Below, one piece after another: positions 1 through 14,111 of a stretch of DNA of 64,000 bases. The notes under the pieces were generated by a model. It did not search any database. It saw only the letters and a list, made by a program, of their open reading frames with translations, and was not told the DNA's origin. The translations under genes and the position numbers were made by a program. This DNA comes from Eledone cirrhosa (Eukaryota), in the NCBI GenBank assembly GCA_964016885.1, contig OZ024751.1:19964001-20028000 (forward strand). Direction: 5' to 3'. Each line of letters starts with the position of its first letter. Positions within the stretch are counted from its first letter, which is position 1.

Positions 1-81
1 ATATAGATATGGCTGATGTGGTTCTCTGGTTGATGGAAACTAGATGGGTAAGAAACGATGATGATGATGATGATGATGATG

Positions 82-144
<63 letters not shown>

Positions 145-305
145 TATTTAACCACTGAGGGCGGTTACTTTCCATTTCGTTCATAGATACAGTTGCATAA
201 ATATTTGAGGGTGTTAGAAAACTGTGTGAAGTGAAACAATACAAAGTTATGTAAAAACTAAGTGGTGTGTTGGGAATGTTATACAAAGAAGACCCTTTAA
301 GATCA

Positions 306-808
306 TCTATATATCTAAAACAGAGGATGTCTGTCTGTCAGTTTGACTCTCTAAAACTCGAGAACCACCCAACCGATTCTTTTCAATGTTTACACGTGTA
401 ATACTTATGGTCGTGTGAGTGTTTTGAGCAAAGAATATTTCAAATTTTCAATGCCCTAGGGACCGCATTATGCGCCGGTTAGCGATCTCTCTATCTTTTT
501 TAGGCTGTCTTTTTAGATTAGATACATAGCTATAACGTCGCACCCTTATAATATCTGTCTGTATGTCTGGATGTCTGCATTACGACATTATGACAAATAT
601 TGTTCTCGTTGCTGACGTATTATCTTCGCTATTTTCCGTTCATTGCCATGGAACGTCTTCACGCACCAAAGTATCGTCTTCCTGTCTTCCTTCGGTTGCA
701 ACGTTTTTCGAAATATTTACTTCTGCGTTCAGAGATTGATTTTTTTAGTTTCAGAAGATCCCGTTAATGGTGAAAGCAGCAATTCTTTGCTTAAACTTTA
801 ATCTGTTA

Positions 809-880
<72 letters not shown>

Positions 881-1074
881 TATATTCGTGTACAGATATT
901 TTTGCATACACAAAAACAAAATATAAACAAACGTATTTATTTCACGAAAGTACAAAGTGTAGACACCATCCCGAGGCCGAGGTATTCCGTACTTCTCTGT
1001 ACTGTTTGAGAAAAGAAGGATAAACATGCCAATCTATTTTTAGAATCCCGACCAACGCCGGGCCTCTCAGCTAG
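306..1074 (+). mobile_element. Non-autonomous Helitron
   Basis: Begins A|TC-TATATATCTAAAA...TGTCTGTCTGTC. Ends with hairpin CCCGACCAACGCCGGG (1047-1062) followed by CTAG|T (1071-1074). These are canonical Helitron termini between A and T. Confidence 0.75.
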
Positions 1075-1199
1075 TATAATATACAAATAACTATTTTTCA
1101 AAAAAACCTATATCAAAATATGTGCAAACAGGAATATTTTAAATTAGTTAACAGCAACGCTAAGATAGAATATATAAAGAGGAACCACATTACCAGGGC

Positions 1200-1720
1200 A
1201 ACAACGGAATGGGAAGAAAAATTGGAATAGAAACATTACTTGGTTCAACCCCACTTTAAACCACACAATGGTCACTCTAATGGCGAAAATATTCTTGAAA
1301 CTAATTAAGAAATTCTGTTCATATCATGATAGATAATATCAAGTATTTATTTTTTTAAAACCACAATTAAGCTATCTTACTCTTCTTCTCTAAACCTCGC
1401 TCAATCCTTGGTTTCTAATGTTTCTTAGCTAAATCATACTAATACACAACCACCTACTGATAACCGCAGCTGGCACAAATGAAATACATCATACATTGGT
1501 TTCACCTAAAATACGTTCAACCAACGCTACAGCCAGCACAACAATACATTTAAGAACCTTAATGGGAAACATGATACATCTCTAGCTAAAACTTAAACAA
1601 CCTAAGATGACCATAATTGTACAAAGGAAAAATATGCCTGTAACCTTTGTACGACAGAAATCATGCAGATACTCCTAATTAAGATACATATACCCAGAAA
1701 AACACCATAGGGGAACGACG
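1200..1720 (+). pseudogene. Decayed Penelope-like retroelement ORF (linker plus GIY-YIG endonuclease)
   Basis: Manual translation gives NRNITWFNPTL...KIFLKLIKKF...TTIKLSYSSSLN (PLE WFNPP..KLSYS linker), YIGFT*NTFNQRYSQHNNTF...DTSLAK (1492-1590, YIG.T..F..R...H) and CNLCTTE (1639). Stops and frameshifts are present. Confidence 0.75.
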
Positions 1721-1895
1721 CCATGCAGACTTAAGACACTAAGAACATTTAAACATTATTCACCAGATAATATCAACTGAAATAACGCAACTAACACAAG
1801 CACAAAATCGGCCTTGACCTACTGGAGGGGATAAACCCGAGGCACCTGTTTAGATACCCTTAATACACACTAAACTTCAATGCCTAGAGGCTTGC

Positions 1896-1987
<92 letters not shown>

Positions 1988-1993
<6 letters not shown>

Positions 1994-2132
1994 ATACTTT
2001 GGGAGGGTCATGTTGCCAATAAGAAACACACGTGCCAGTTGCTTTCACTTCAATTTATTATAATAAATTGAAGTGAAAGCAACTGGTGCGTGTGTTTCTT
2101 TTGGCAACATGACCCTCCCAAAGTATAACAAT
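1988..2132. repeat. Fold-back inverted duplication (~70 bp arms) between (TA)n tracts
   Basis: ATTGTTATACTTTGGGAGGGTCATG... is mirrored by ...CATGACCCTCCCAAAGTATAACAAT, centre near 2060, few mismatches. Confidence 0.9.
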
Positions 2133-2188
2133 ATCGGTTTCAACACACGTTTTCAGATAAAGAATCTTGCTAAACAAATTCAGAAACG

Positions 2189-2266
<78 letters not shown>

Positions 2267-2739
2267 ACACACAAGCAGGCTTTGTTTACAAACGGCTAGC
2301 GAATTTGAAAATTAGGTAGTAACATGTGCTTGCGCCGTATTTGACTACATAGAATACGGCGTAAGCATATGTTGCTACCTAATTTATATATATGTGGGGT
2401 GGGGGAGGTGTAGGCTTGTCAGTTTATAGATGCATAAGGAAAGGCATAATTCTGTCGCTATGCGTTTAGTTGCATCCAGATGTTGGTGTACATGTGTGTA
2501 AGTTTCAATATCTGGTTTAAACATTGCGTAAAGGAAATGGTGTTCATATGCACGTATGTGTTTATATTTCGACGCATATAACTCTGTGTGTGTGTGTGTG
2601 TATCTGTGCATCTAATTCACACTGGCGTTCTGTTTTAATAGATTGTTGGATAGGATATAGGATAATTTCGTATAAAAAAAAGATTGAATGTAATGAATAC
2701 AAATAATAAGATATATAGAGAGGAAACGAAACACAGGTA

Positions 2740-2809
<70 letters not shown>

Positions 2810-3451
2810 TTGATGGACCTAGCAAAGGTGTCACTGCTAGGGCTGGTTGCATCTCAGCGTACTCAATAGGTAATGTTAAATAAACTCCCAGAGTACACAC
2901 ATAGTTATTCGCTTCAATATAACACACGTAAACGGGTACCTTCAATTGTTCCTGAACTCGAGTTTCGGCCACACATAATGCAGCAGAAGAGTGCACTGCA
3001 CCCTCTGTCCGCATATATTATGCAACAATGCACAATCGGTGCATGTGACTTTATATATATATATATAAAGTGAAAATAAGAATTGCAGCTTTTGAACATT
3101 TTATTGGATATCACAACGTGTTTTCATATCGATCAGCACGGGTTTGATGATGCCATCGGATGCCGACTCTTAATCGATATTGCTTCAGATATCAGAGTTT
3201 ACATGGGTGGTCTCATAATTAATTTTCAATCATAATTTTCAATCATATTTTATTATTTGTTTGACCCGAATAGCTTGGTCGTTTCTATGGCTTTGCGGAT
3301 AATGGTTTAACCATCGTTTCAATGTGTTTGGCCTTTTAACTTAGGCTGTTGCTCTAGTTCACTAGTTTCTATGGAACGCTTGCCACACATCTCGGAAGTT
3401 GTTTTTCGCTAATTTCCCATAGTCGAAATGCGATTCTCGCTAATTTATATT

Positions 3452-3526
<75 letters not shown>

Positions 3527-3607
3527 TTTGAACGGGAACAAAACACAGAGGCAGTACGAACAAAGGTTTATTAGTTTCACGCTCTTGAGAGTGGGGTGGT
3601 GGTGGAG

Positions 3608-3641
3608 AGCGACGTTTCGGGCATAAGCCCTTCTTCAGGTG
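3608..3641 (-). ncRNA. Minimal type-I hammerhead motif (stem I decayed), PLE pLTR-like
   Basis: Minus strand reads CTGAAGA-AGGGC-TTAT-GCCC-GAAA-CG-TC. Confidence 0.6.
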
Positions 3642-3799
3642 AAAAGTGTGTGGGAAGAGAGTTCCAAGGGTGTGTAGGGGAGTGGTGGAGAGACATATAG
3701 AAAAAACAGGGTGAGAGGAAACGGTACAAATGAAATTAAAATATATATATACATACATACGATATTAACAAATGGAAACTATATTTATAAAACCATATT

Positions 3800-3864
3800 T
3801 ATTTCATTATACATATTTCAAGGACACCAAGTTAAATTATGGTGTGCTTTCATCAGACAAAATA
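3800..3864 (-). ncRNA. Type-I hammerhead ribozyme (mirror of 4020-4084)
   Basis: Reverse complement of the 4020-4084 motif. Confidence 0.7.
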
Positions 3865-4019
3865 TAATATAGATCAGTTTTATAAATAAATATTGACATA
3901 CCCTTAAAAAATGCAACCATTACTGTTGGAAGCCCCCTCTCTATCCGGGAGCTTCCAACAGTAATGGTTGCATTTTTTAAAGGTATGTCAATATTGATTT
4001 ATAAATCTGATCTATATAA

Positions 4020-4084
4020 TATTTTGTCTGATGAAAGCACACCATAATTTAACTTGGTGTCCTTGAAATATGTATAATGAAATA
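4020..4084 (+). ncRNA. Type-I hammerhead ribozyme
   Basis: tattttgt-CTGATGA-aagcacacc...ggtgtcctt-GAAA-tatgta-TA-atgaaata. Stem I pairs with G-U wobbles and AATAAA follows. Confidence 0.7.
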
Positions 4085-4254
4085 AATATGGTTTTATAAA
4101 TATAGTTTCCATTTGTTAATATCGTATGTTTACTCCAAATATTTGTTGAGTGCTTTATATCAGTTATAAAAGTATTTGCTTGTTGTGTCCCAACAATTTA
4201 AATAGAACTTTTGCATATATACATACATATATATATATATATTGTTTTGAAAAG

Positions 4255-4395
4255 AATGCTAACAAGTTCTGCCAATATATTCAACCTGAAGTCTAGAAAG
4301 TACCCACCCACGGTAAATGACCTCGCTAACTTTGAATCTGATCTTTTCGGCCTCGTTGCTAACATTTCTTTCCGCAAAGACGCCATTTTCAAAAC
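4255..4395 (+). pseudogene. Fragment of PLE ORF N-terminal (pre-RT) region
   Basis: FNLKSRKYPPTVNDLANFESDLFGLVANISFRK resembles the PLE motif F.FKS...PP....L..FE.DL..M+.NI.FR (recalled, not searched). Confidence 0.6.
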
Positions 4396-4545
4396 TTCAA
4401 ATCCTCTGATAGAACTTTCGTCCTATATATGTAAATGTATATGTATATGTATATATATATATACATATATTATTGTATATGTATATATATATATATATAT
4501 TATTTTTATATATATATATATATAAATATGTATGTGTGTGTCGGC

Positions 4546-4580
<35 letters not shown>

Positions 4581-4608
4581 CATGTATGTGTGTGTGTATG
4601 TATGCATG

Positions 4609-4639
<31 letters not shown>

Positions 4640-4774
4640 GTATATATATATACGTATATATATATGTATATATACAGATAGATAGATATCTTTATTTAGA
4701 TTGATAGATAGATTTATGTATATATGTATATGTATATATATATATGTGAGTATATATATATGTGTGTATATATA

Positions 4775-4809
<35 letters not shown>

Positions 4810-4914
4810 GTTTGTGTGTGTATGTATATACATTACCTAAATTTAATTAACACCTTAAGTTTTAAGTTCCATAAAATCGTAGTAATCTTCAATGGTAGGA
4901 AAGTTTGTTCCTTG

Positions 4915-6240
4915 TTGTGAGTGAGTGCATGTATGTGTGTTCATGTATGTGTATGTGTGTTCATGTATGTGTATGTGTGCGTATGTATGTGTATGTGTGC
5001 GCATGTATGTGTATGCGAGTGAGTGCATGTATGTGTATGTGTGAGTGAGTGCATTTATGTGTATGTGAGTGCATTTATGTGTATGTAAGTGCATTTATGT
5101 GTATGTGAGTGCATTTATGTGTATGTAAGTGCATTTATGTGTATGTGAATGCATTTATGTGTATGTGAGTGCATTTATGTGTATGTAAGTGCATTTATGT
5201 GTATGTGTGTTCATGTATGTGTATGTGTGCGCATGTATGTGTATGTGTGCGCATGTATGTGTATGTGTGCGCATGTATGTGTATGCGAGTGAGTGCATGT
5301 ATGTGTATGTGTGAGTGAGTGCATTTATGTGTATGTGAGTGCATTTATGTGTATGTGAGTGCATTTATGTGTATGTGAATGCATTTATGTGTATGTGAGT
5401 GCATTTATGTGTATGTAAGTGCATTTATGTGTATGTAAGTGCATTTATGTGTATGTGAGTGCATTTATGTGTATGTAAGTGCATTTATGTGTATGTGAGT
5501 GCATTTATGTGTATGTGAGTGCATTTATGTGTATGTGAGTGCATTTATGTGTATGTAAGTGCATTTATGTGTATTTGAGTGCATTTATGCGTATGTGAGT
5601 GCATTTATGTGTATGTAAGTGCATTTATGTGTATTTGAGTGCATTTATGTGTATGTGAGTGCATTTATGTGTATGTGAGTGCATTTATGTGTATGTGAGT
5701 GCATGTGTATGTGAGTGAGTGCATGTATGTGTATGTGAGAGCCTGTGTATGTGAGTGATTACATGTATATGTGTGTGAGTGTATGTGTATGTGAGTGGGT
5801 GCATGCATGTGTATGTGTGTACATGTGTATATGAATGAGTACATGTGTATGTGAGTGAGTGCATGTATATGTGAGTGAGTGCATATATGTGTATGTGAGT
5901 GAGTGCATTTATGTGTGAGTGAGTGCATTTATGTGTATATGAGTAAATGTGTATGTGAGTGAGTGCATGTATGTGTATATGAGTGAGTGCATTTATGTGT
6001 ATATGAGTAAATGTGTATGTGAGTGAGTGCATGTATGTGTATGTGAGTGAGTGCATGTATGTGTATATGAGTGAGTGCATATAAGTGTATGTGAGTGTAT
6101 ATATATGTATGTGAATGAGTACATGTGTATGTGAGTGAGTGCATATATGCGTATGTGAGTGAGTGAGTGTATATATGTGTATGTGAGTGAGTGCATGTGT
6201 ATATGAGTGTATGTGTATGTGAATGAGAACCTGTGTATGT
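4915..6240. repeat. Minisatellite of ~20-bp unit GCATTTATGTGTATGTRAGT and degenerate variants
   Basis: Highly regular from 5050 to 5700, degenerate on both flanks. Confidence 0.9.
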
Positions 6241-6399
6241 ATGACAGTGCATATATGTGTAAGTGAGTGATTGAGTGAATATGTATATTTGACAGAGACC
6301 GAGGGAGTTATTTGAGTGAAGGAATGCCTTAGAAAATGATTGAGTGCGTAGGTAAGTGTGAGGGTGAGTGAGTATATGAGTGAGGAATTGAGAAATAGG

Positions 6400-7430
<1,031 letters not shown>

Positions 7431-7481
7431 TTTAACGTCCCTATGATAGCAATGTTTTGTATATATATATTTATATATATG

Positions 7482-7555
<74 letters not shown>

Positions 7556-7559
<4 letters not shown>

Positions 7560-7718
7560 TTCGATTTCCGGAACGAACGCTGCGTTATGTCCTTGAGCAA
7601 GACACTTTATTTCACGCTGCTCCGTCTACCTGGAGTTGCGATTGATAGATAGTACTAGAAACTGTAAAGATCAATGGAAATATTGTTTCCTCGGTCAGAT
7701 TTGACGAAAGTCGATCGT
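7556..7718 (+). mobile_element. tRNA-derived SINE family 2 (5' truncated)
   Basis: B-box GAGTTCGATT and core TGTCCTTGAGCAAGACACTTTATTTCACG. Homologous to 46168-46381 and 57763-57960. Confidence 0.75.
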
Positions 7719-7874
7719 TCCTCGTTTATATATATATATATATATGCGTGTGTGTGTGTGTGTCCGTGTGTGTGTGTGTGTGTTTATGTAAAAGGTAAAC
7801 AGAAATAACAACACAATCGGTATTGTATATGGAAGGAATATATTAGTTTAATGCTTGATTTAGCAGGAAGAGGG

Positions 7875-7910
7875 TCTTAACGTTTCGGACGCTAGTCCTT
7901 CATCAGAAGA
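7875..7910 (-). ncRNA. Minimal type-I hammerhead ribozyme
   Basis: tctt-CTGATGA-aggac-tagc-gtcc-GAAA-cg-TT-aaga. Stems I and II are perfect and stem III is the ACGT palindrome. Confidence 0.8.
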
Positions 7911-8409
7911 AATAATGAGAAATAAGATAGATTAAGGGGACGGGCGGGATGGAATTGGAAAAAAATGTCTTTAGATAAAAATAACAGGTCCATTTATGTT
8001 GACATATCCAGAGAAAGAGGTATGTAAAATCCCGACCACGGCGCCAAGGGTTTTGGCTTGTGACTCACACATCTGAAACCGCTTATATATATGTGTGTGT
8101 GTGTGTGCACGTGTGTGTGTGTGTGTGCGTGCGTGCGGGCACGTGTGTGTGTGCACGTGTGTGTGTGTGTGCGTGCGTGCGGCCACGTGTGTGTGTGTGT
8201 GCACGTGTGTGTGTGTGTGTGTAGGAAGAGAGGGGGGTGAGTAGAATAAGAAAGAATGATAGAAGAAGAGAATGGAAATATGAGTGGAAGAGAAATAAGA
8301 TAATGTAGAGATGCGGGAACAGACGACAGGAAATTGTGGTTTTATCAAGTCAAGAGAAAAGGTTATATTTATTCTGACGATGATTTGATATCAAATGGTA
8401 TTGTACATA

Positions 8410-8472
8410 TACAGACACTACACATCCATCACATATACATATGCACACACATACGCACACACACACACACAC

Positions 8473-8522
<50 letters not shown>

Positions 8523-8572
8523 TTGTACATACACATATATATATATACATACCTATACATAGACACACACAT

Positions 8573-8606
<34 letters not shown>

Positions 8607-8696
8607 CCATATATATACTCATATATACACACTTGTACATACACATACACATATATATATATACATACCTATACATACACACACACATACTCACAA

Positions 8697-8751
<55 letters not shown>

Positions 8752-8959
8752 CTCATATATACACACTTGTACATACACACATATGCATACACACACACAT
8801 ATATATATATATATATACATACCTATACACACACACATACACACATATACACATACATATACATACACACATATATATACATTCACACATATGCATACAT
8901 ATGTACATACATACACACATGTACATACATACACACATGTACATACATACACACACACA

Positions 8960-9040
<81 letters not shown>

Positions 9041-9645
9041 ACACACACACAGACATATATATACACAGACATACACACACACATATATATATATACACAC
9101 ATAAATACATACACATATACATGCATATACGTACATATATACATACGCATATACATACATAAGTACATACATACATACATACATATATACATACATACAT
9201 ACATACATACATACATACATACATACATACATACATACGTACATACATACATACATACATACATACATACATACATACATACATACATACATACATACAT
9301 ACATACATACGTACGTACGTACATACATACATACATACATACATACATACATACATACATACATACATACATACATACATACATACATACATACATACGT
9401 ACGTACATACATACATACATACATACATACATACATACATACATACATACATACATACATACATACATACATACATACATACATACATACATACATACAT
9501 ACATACATAACTAAATTACAAAGTGTATGGTGGTGGTTTTGGGGATGGCGAAATATCAAGGTTTAGAAGTTGACTAAAGAAACACAGGAAGAGAGAAAGA
9601 AAGACAGAGCGAAAGAAGGAAAGAAAGAGAGAATAATAGAGAGAG

Positions 9646-9684
<39 letters not shown>

Positions 9685-9722
9685 GAGATAGATAGATAGA
9701 TAGATAGATAGAAAGAGAGAGA

Positions 9723-9760
<38 letters not shown>

Positions 9761-9767
9761 AAGAAAG

Positions 9768-9805
<38 letters not shown>

Positions 9806-9850
9806 AGAGAGAGAGAGAGAGAAAGAGAAAGAAAGAAAGAAAGAAAGAAA

Positions 9851-9884
<34 letters not shown>

Positions 9885-9911
9885 AATAGATAGATAGATA
9901 GATAGATAAAG

Positions 9912-9942
<31 letters not shown>

Positions 9943-9952
9943 AAGAAAGAAA

Positions 9953-9991
<39 letters not shown>

Positions 9992-11639
9992 AGAAAAAAA
10001 CTGAATGAATGAAAATATAGAGAAGCTGAATAGACGGGCTGTATATAATGAGATAGAGAGTGTAGCGGGAGGAGGTGTAGTAGGGAGAAGGAGGCGGAGA
10101 AGGGAGAAGGTGTAGTAGGGAGGTGGAGGTGTAGTAGGGAGGCGGAGAAGAGGGGTGAGGACGGGGGGGGAGGAGTGGTAGATGTCAATGAGGACGAAGA
10201 CAAAAAAATTATTTTTAATAATTCCCAATGGGTGTGGGGAGGTCAGACAGACAGGGAAAAAGAGAGAGGGAGATAAAGATAAAGTAAGAGAGGGGGGGAG
10301 GGAGAAAGAGTGGAGAGTGGGTCAGAGAGAGAGAGTGAGAGAGAGTGAGAGAGAAGGAGTGTGATGTAGAGAGAGTGAAAGAGTGAGAGAGACAGGGAGA
10401 TTAAGATTGATAGAGTGAGACAGAGAGAGAGAGATTGAGAGAGTGAGACAGAGAAAGAGAAAGATTGAGAGAGGGAGTCAGAGAGAGAGAGAGAGAGAAA
10501 GAGAGAAAGAGTGGTAAAGTGAGACAGGGTGCGAGAGAAAGAGGGGGCAGAGAGAAAGAGTGGTAAAGTGAGACAGGGGGCGAGAGAGGGGGAGGGAAGA
10601 GAGAAAGAGTGGTAAAGTGAGACAGAGGGCGAGAGAGAGAGAGAGAAAGGGTGTGTAGAATAGGGGGAAGAAGAGGGGGAGCAATATATAGAGACGGACA
10701 AGGGTTAATTAACCTGGGCAAAAAATAGAAAAAATAATCCTGGCTGTCCAGGTTAGGGTTGTAGAGGGCAGCACAGGTTGTAGGGGTTACAGAGTCAAAA
10801 CTAGGAAGGAGAAAAGTAAGACATTGTGGGAGAGGGAAGGGGGGTAGAGGGGGAGTACAAGAAGGTGGTGGAGTGGTGGGGGTGGGGGTGAAATGGAGGG
10901 GGTGATGGTGGTGAGGGGGAAGGTGACGGTGGTGGAGGAGGAGGCGGAGGTGGAGGTGGTGGGGGAGAAGGTGGTGGTGGTGGAGGAGGGGGTGATGGTG
11001 GAGGAGAAGGTGGTGGTGGAGGAGAAGGTGGTGGTGGTGGTGGAGGGGGTGCTGGGGGAGAGGAAGGTGGTGGTGGAGGAGAAGGTGGTGGTGGAGGAGA
11101 AGGTGGTGGTGGTGGAGGAGGGGGTGCTGGGGGAGAGGAAGGTGGTGATGGAGGAGAAGGTGGCGGTGGAGGAGAAGGTGGTGGTGGTGGAGGAGGGGTG
11201 CTGGGGGAGGAGGGGGTGCTGGGGGAGAGGAAGGTGGTGATGGAGGAGAAGGTGGTGGTGGAGGAGAAGGTGGTGGTGGTGGAGGAGGGGTGCTGGGGGA
11301 GAGGAAGGTGGACAGAAACAAAACTAGATTTGAAGTTAAAAAAAAAGCAAAAGTAAACTTTGACAGAAAAGAATATCAAGATGATGGTGATGATGATGAT
11401 GGTGATGGTGATGATGATGATGATGGTGATGATGGTGATGGTGATGATGATGATGACGATGGTGATGGTGATGATGATGATAGTGATGGTGATGATGATG
11501 ATGATGATGGTGATGGTGGTGATGGTGATGATGATGATGGTGATGGTGATGATGGTGATGGTGATGGCGATGATGGTGATGATGATGGTGATGACGATGA
11601 TGGTGATGGTGATGATGGTGATCGTGATGATGGTGATGG

Positions 11640-11671
<32 letters not shown>

Positions 11672-11940
11672 GTGATGATGATGGTGGTGATGATGATGAT
11701 GGTGGTGATGGTGATGATGATGATGATGATGGTGATGATGGTGATGGTGATGATGATGATGATGATGATGATTGTGATGATGGTGATGGTGATGAAGAGG
11801 AGGAGGAGAATGATTTCTGATGATGTTGGTACCGATGATGATGATGATGACGCTAATAATGATGATAGAGGTGGGCTTTGGGAGGTGGAGGTGGTTGTGA
11901 TGATGATGATGATATGACAGAGGTGAGGTCTGGGAGATGG
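8410..11940. repeat. Compound microsatellite/low-complexity block ((CA),(TA),(CATA),(GA),(GATA),(GAAA),(GGT/GGA),(GAT))
   Basis: Read directly. It explains the many long spurious ORFs here. Confidence 0.9.
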
Positions 11941-12119
11941 CAGTGATGATGATGATGACGATGATGATGTCTTCCGTTATCACAATGACTCAAGTTTAGT
12001 TCAACAGTCGATTATATCGATCTCACTCTATTTGATGTAGTGGCCAGCACTGCATGAACCAGCCAATGAAAGGTTTTCAACATATTTCTTTCGTTCGTTC
12101 TACCTCTCTGAAGTACGGG

Positions 12120-12945
12120 ACTTCATGTTGGTGTGGCTTCATGTTGGTGTTACCTCATGTTGGTGTGGCCTCATGTTGGTGTGGCCTCATGTTGGTGTGG
12201 CATCATGTTGGTGTTACCTCATGTTGGTGTTACCTCATGTTGGTGTTGCCTCATGTTAGTGTGGCCTCATGTTGGTGTTATCTCAAGTTGGTGTTACCTC
12301 ATGTTGGTGTTGTCTCTTGTTGGTGTGGCCTCATGTTGGTGTTATCTCAAGTTGGTGTTACCTCATGTTGGTGTTACCTCATGTTGGTGTGGCCTCATGT
12401 TGGTGTGGTCTCATGTTAGTGTGGCCTCATGTTGGTGTTACCTCATGTTGGTGTTACCTCATGTTGGTGTTGCTTCATATTGGTGTGGCCTCATGTTGGT
12501 GTGGTCTCATGTTAGTGTGGCCTCATGTTGATGTTACCTCATGTTGGTGTTACCTCATGTTGGTGTGGCCTCATGTTGGTGTGGCCTCATGTTGGTGTGG
12601 CCTCATGTTGGTGTTACCTCATGTTGGTGTTGCCTCATGTTGGTGTGGCCTCATGTTAGTGTGGTCTCATGTTAGTGTGGCCTCATGTTGGTGTTACCTC
12701 ATGTTGGTGTTACCTCATGTTGGTGTTACCTCATGTTGGTGTTACCTCATGTTGGTGTGGCCTCATGTTGGTGTGGCCTCATGTTGGTGTGGCCTCATGT
12801 TGGTGTTACCTCATGTTGGTGTTGCCTCATGTTGGTGTGGCCTCATGTTAGTGTGGTCTCATGTTAGTGTGGCCTCATGTTGGTGTTACCTCATGTTGGT
12901 GTTACCTCATGTTGGTGTGGCCTCGTGTTGGTATGGCCTCATGTT
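12120..12945. repeat. 16-bp minisatellite CCTCATGTTGGTGT(TA/GG), about 50 copies
   Basis: Contiguous tandem units with two main variants and no unique spacers. Confidence 0.95.
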
Positions 12946-13246
12946 GCTTTTATACTATGCCTATAAATCATGTGCTTGCACTGCTTGTGAATTGATGTAT
13001 CTATGCTTGGCTTGTTTTTTGATCATACTGAGTGACACCCTCATTGATTTCTTACTCTCCTCTCTCAACCTCCTTATCATCTATTGCACCATTTATGTGA
13101 TAAACTTTTGAGGTAATTTTTTATGATGTAATTTTTTGTGACATTATATATATCATGTATTGTGTGTCCCCCTACTTGTCCTTCTTCCTTGTTCTGGTCA
13201 CTAGGCTCGAAGGAGCCTGCAACCTTTGATATACTTTTGTTTATGG

Positions 13247-13298
13247 GCTCTGATGATTCCTGCCCTAGGGTATGGATGAAACACTGCTAGCAAATAAA
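13247..13298 (+). ncRNA. Degenerate hammerhead motif plus AATAAA (PLE pLTR-like)
   Basis: gct-CTGATGA-ttcc...ggat-GAAA-cactg-CT-agc-aAATAAA. The cleavage-site U is mutated. Confidence 0.5.
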
Positions 13299-13332
13299 AC
13301 AATGTATATCTAAGCACTCTTTGGATATTCCT

Positions 13333-13395
<63 letters not shown>

Positions 13396-13734
13396 CGCAC
13401 ATTCTTAATATTCCTACTTTTCATCCTGCCCTACCTTTCTTTCAAACACTAAAATACAACCATTACCACCGTCATCACCACCCTTACCACCACCACCACC
13501 ACCACCACCACCACCACCACCACCACCACCATTACTACAACTATCCACACCACCACCACCACAACTATCCACACCACCACCACCACCACCATGCCCACCT
13601 CCTTCATCTCTTTATCCCACTAGTATGAAAGTAAATCTTGTCATAATACATACAACGCAACCGACCACCCAGTCCTTACTTTCTCAATGTCATACTAAAA
13701 GCAACACATTTCTGCTATTTATCTCTCCATCTAC

Positions 13735-13874
<140 letters not shown>

Positions 13875-13961
13875 CTATCTATCTATCTATATAGGAACGT
13901 GCTATCTATATATCTAACTATCTATCTATATATATATATATAACTTTCTATCTACCTACCT

Positions 13962-13996
13962 ACACTTTTGATGCCCTGGTGGCAAATAAAAGAAAC
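13962..13996 (+). mobile_element. 3' terminal fragment of the Tx1-like LINE
   Basis: CACTTTTGATGCCCTGGTGGCAAATAAAAGAAACA is the reverse complement of 54564-54598. Confidence 0.7.
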
Positions 13997-14111
13997 ATAT
14001 CTATATATATATATCTCTCTATATATATATATATTTATATCTATCTATATCTATATCTCTCTATATATATATACATATATATATATTTATATCTATCTAT
14101 CTATCTATCTA

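Larger units (their letters stand above)
3755..4213. mobile_element. PLE pLTR-like fragment with head-to-head inverted copy
   Basis: Arms 3755-3933 and 3951-4129 are near-perfect reverse complements. The right arm continues to (TA)n. Each arm has an HHR. Confidence 0.8.

Noticed and set aside
3645-3680. LGTLFPH peptide as a PLE endonuclease C-terminus
   Set aside because: It is too short and has no supporting upstream motifs.
12120-12945. CRISPR-like regular repeat
   Set aside because: Units are contiguous with no unique spacers, there are no cas genes, and the context is eukaryotic.
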